A stretch of DNA of 63,973 nt, filler included, from Octopus bimaculoides (taxonomy: Eukaryota): NCBI RefSeq assembly GCF_001194135.2. It is 7 parts of 5 records of this genome, joined end to end, with 100 filler letters (N's around TTAATTAATTAA, not from the genome) between each part and the next. Parts side by side here need not be neighbours in the genome. Positions count along the whole stretch, not along the records: positions 62,347 to 63,973 come from NC_068994.1; 6 more parts are not named here. One strand, 5' to 3'. The notes beneath the pieces are model-generated. The model searched no databases. It was not told the origin of the DNA and saw nothing but the letters and a program-made list of their open reading frames with translations. The position numbers and the translations under genes were made by a program. Of the stretch, positions 63,758 through 63,973 are shown piece by piece; within the stretch, counting starts at the first letter, position 1, and each line of letters starts with the position of its first letter.

Positions 63758-63973
63758 ATCACTAATTAATAATGGCTCTTACATTGTACAGTCTTAAAAG
63801 AAAAGAAAATGAAATGCATTTTGTTTACAAAGTAGTTTAACTGAATAGGTTTCCGTGTATCTGAGCGTTTGCACAGGCGTGTAAGAGAGTATCTACGCGT
63901 GTGTGGTGGGGTAATGTACATGGATTTTCAAGCGTGCATATGGAATTCTATTGGTTGTCTTAATATCAAACGT

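Overview
AT-rich, gap-riddled animal genomic DNA. The very dense di-, tri- and tetranucleotide microsatellites and the tRNA-derived SINE families suggest an Octopus-type cephalopod (inference). Only two host-gene exons are recognisable, both on the minus strand: exon 2 of a fatty-acid-binding protein (3625-3800) and an internal exon of a PRMT3-like arginine methyltransferase (61460-61565). The rest is intronic or intergenic and filled with mobile elements: three SINE families, R4/Dong and RTE LINE fragments, a decayed Ty3/Gypsy pol, a DD36E Tc1 element, an internally deleted piggyBac, and Tc1-type, hAT-type and foldback MITEs. The main unexpected signal is a dispersed set of type I hammerhead-ribozyme folds (seven well-formed, about three decayed). 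They lie in several apparently unrelated short elements, mostly next to (TA)n/(TG)n microsatellites, and all have (near-)palindromic helix III, the dimerising architecture known from Penelope-like elements and retrozymes. Also notable are a 2.27-kb inverted duplication, a SINE array punctuated by four copies of one 16-bp target motif, and several long palindromes. Nearly all ORFs in the supplied track are microsatellite or N-gap artefacts. No CRISPR, rRNA or true tRNA gene was seen. All folds and alignments were done by eye, and repeat boundaries are approximate.
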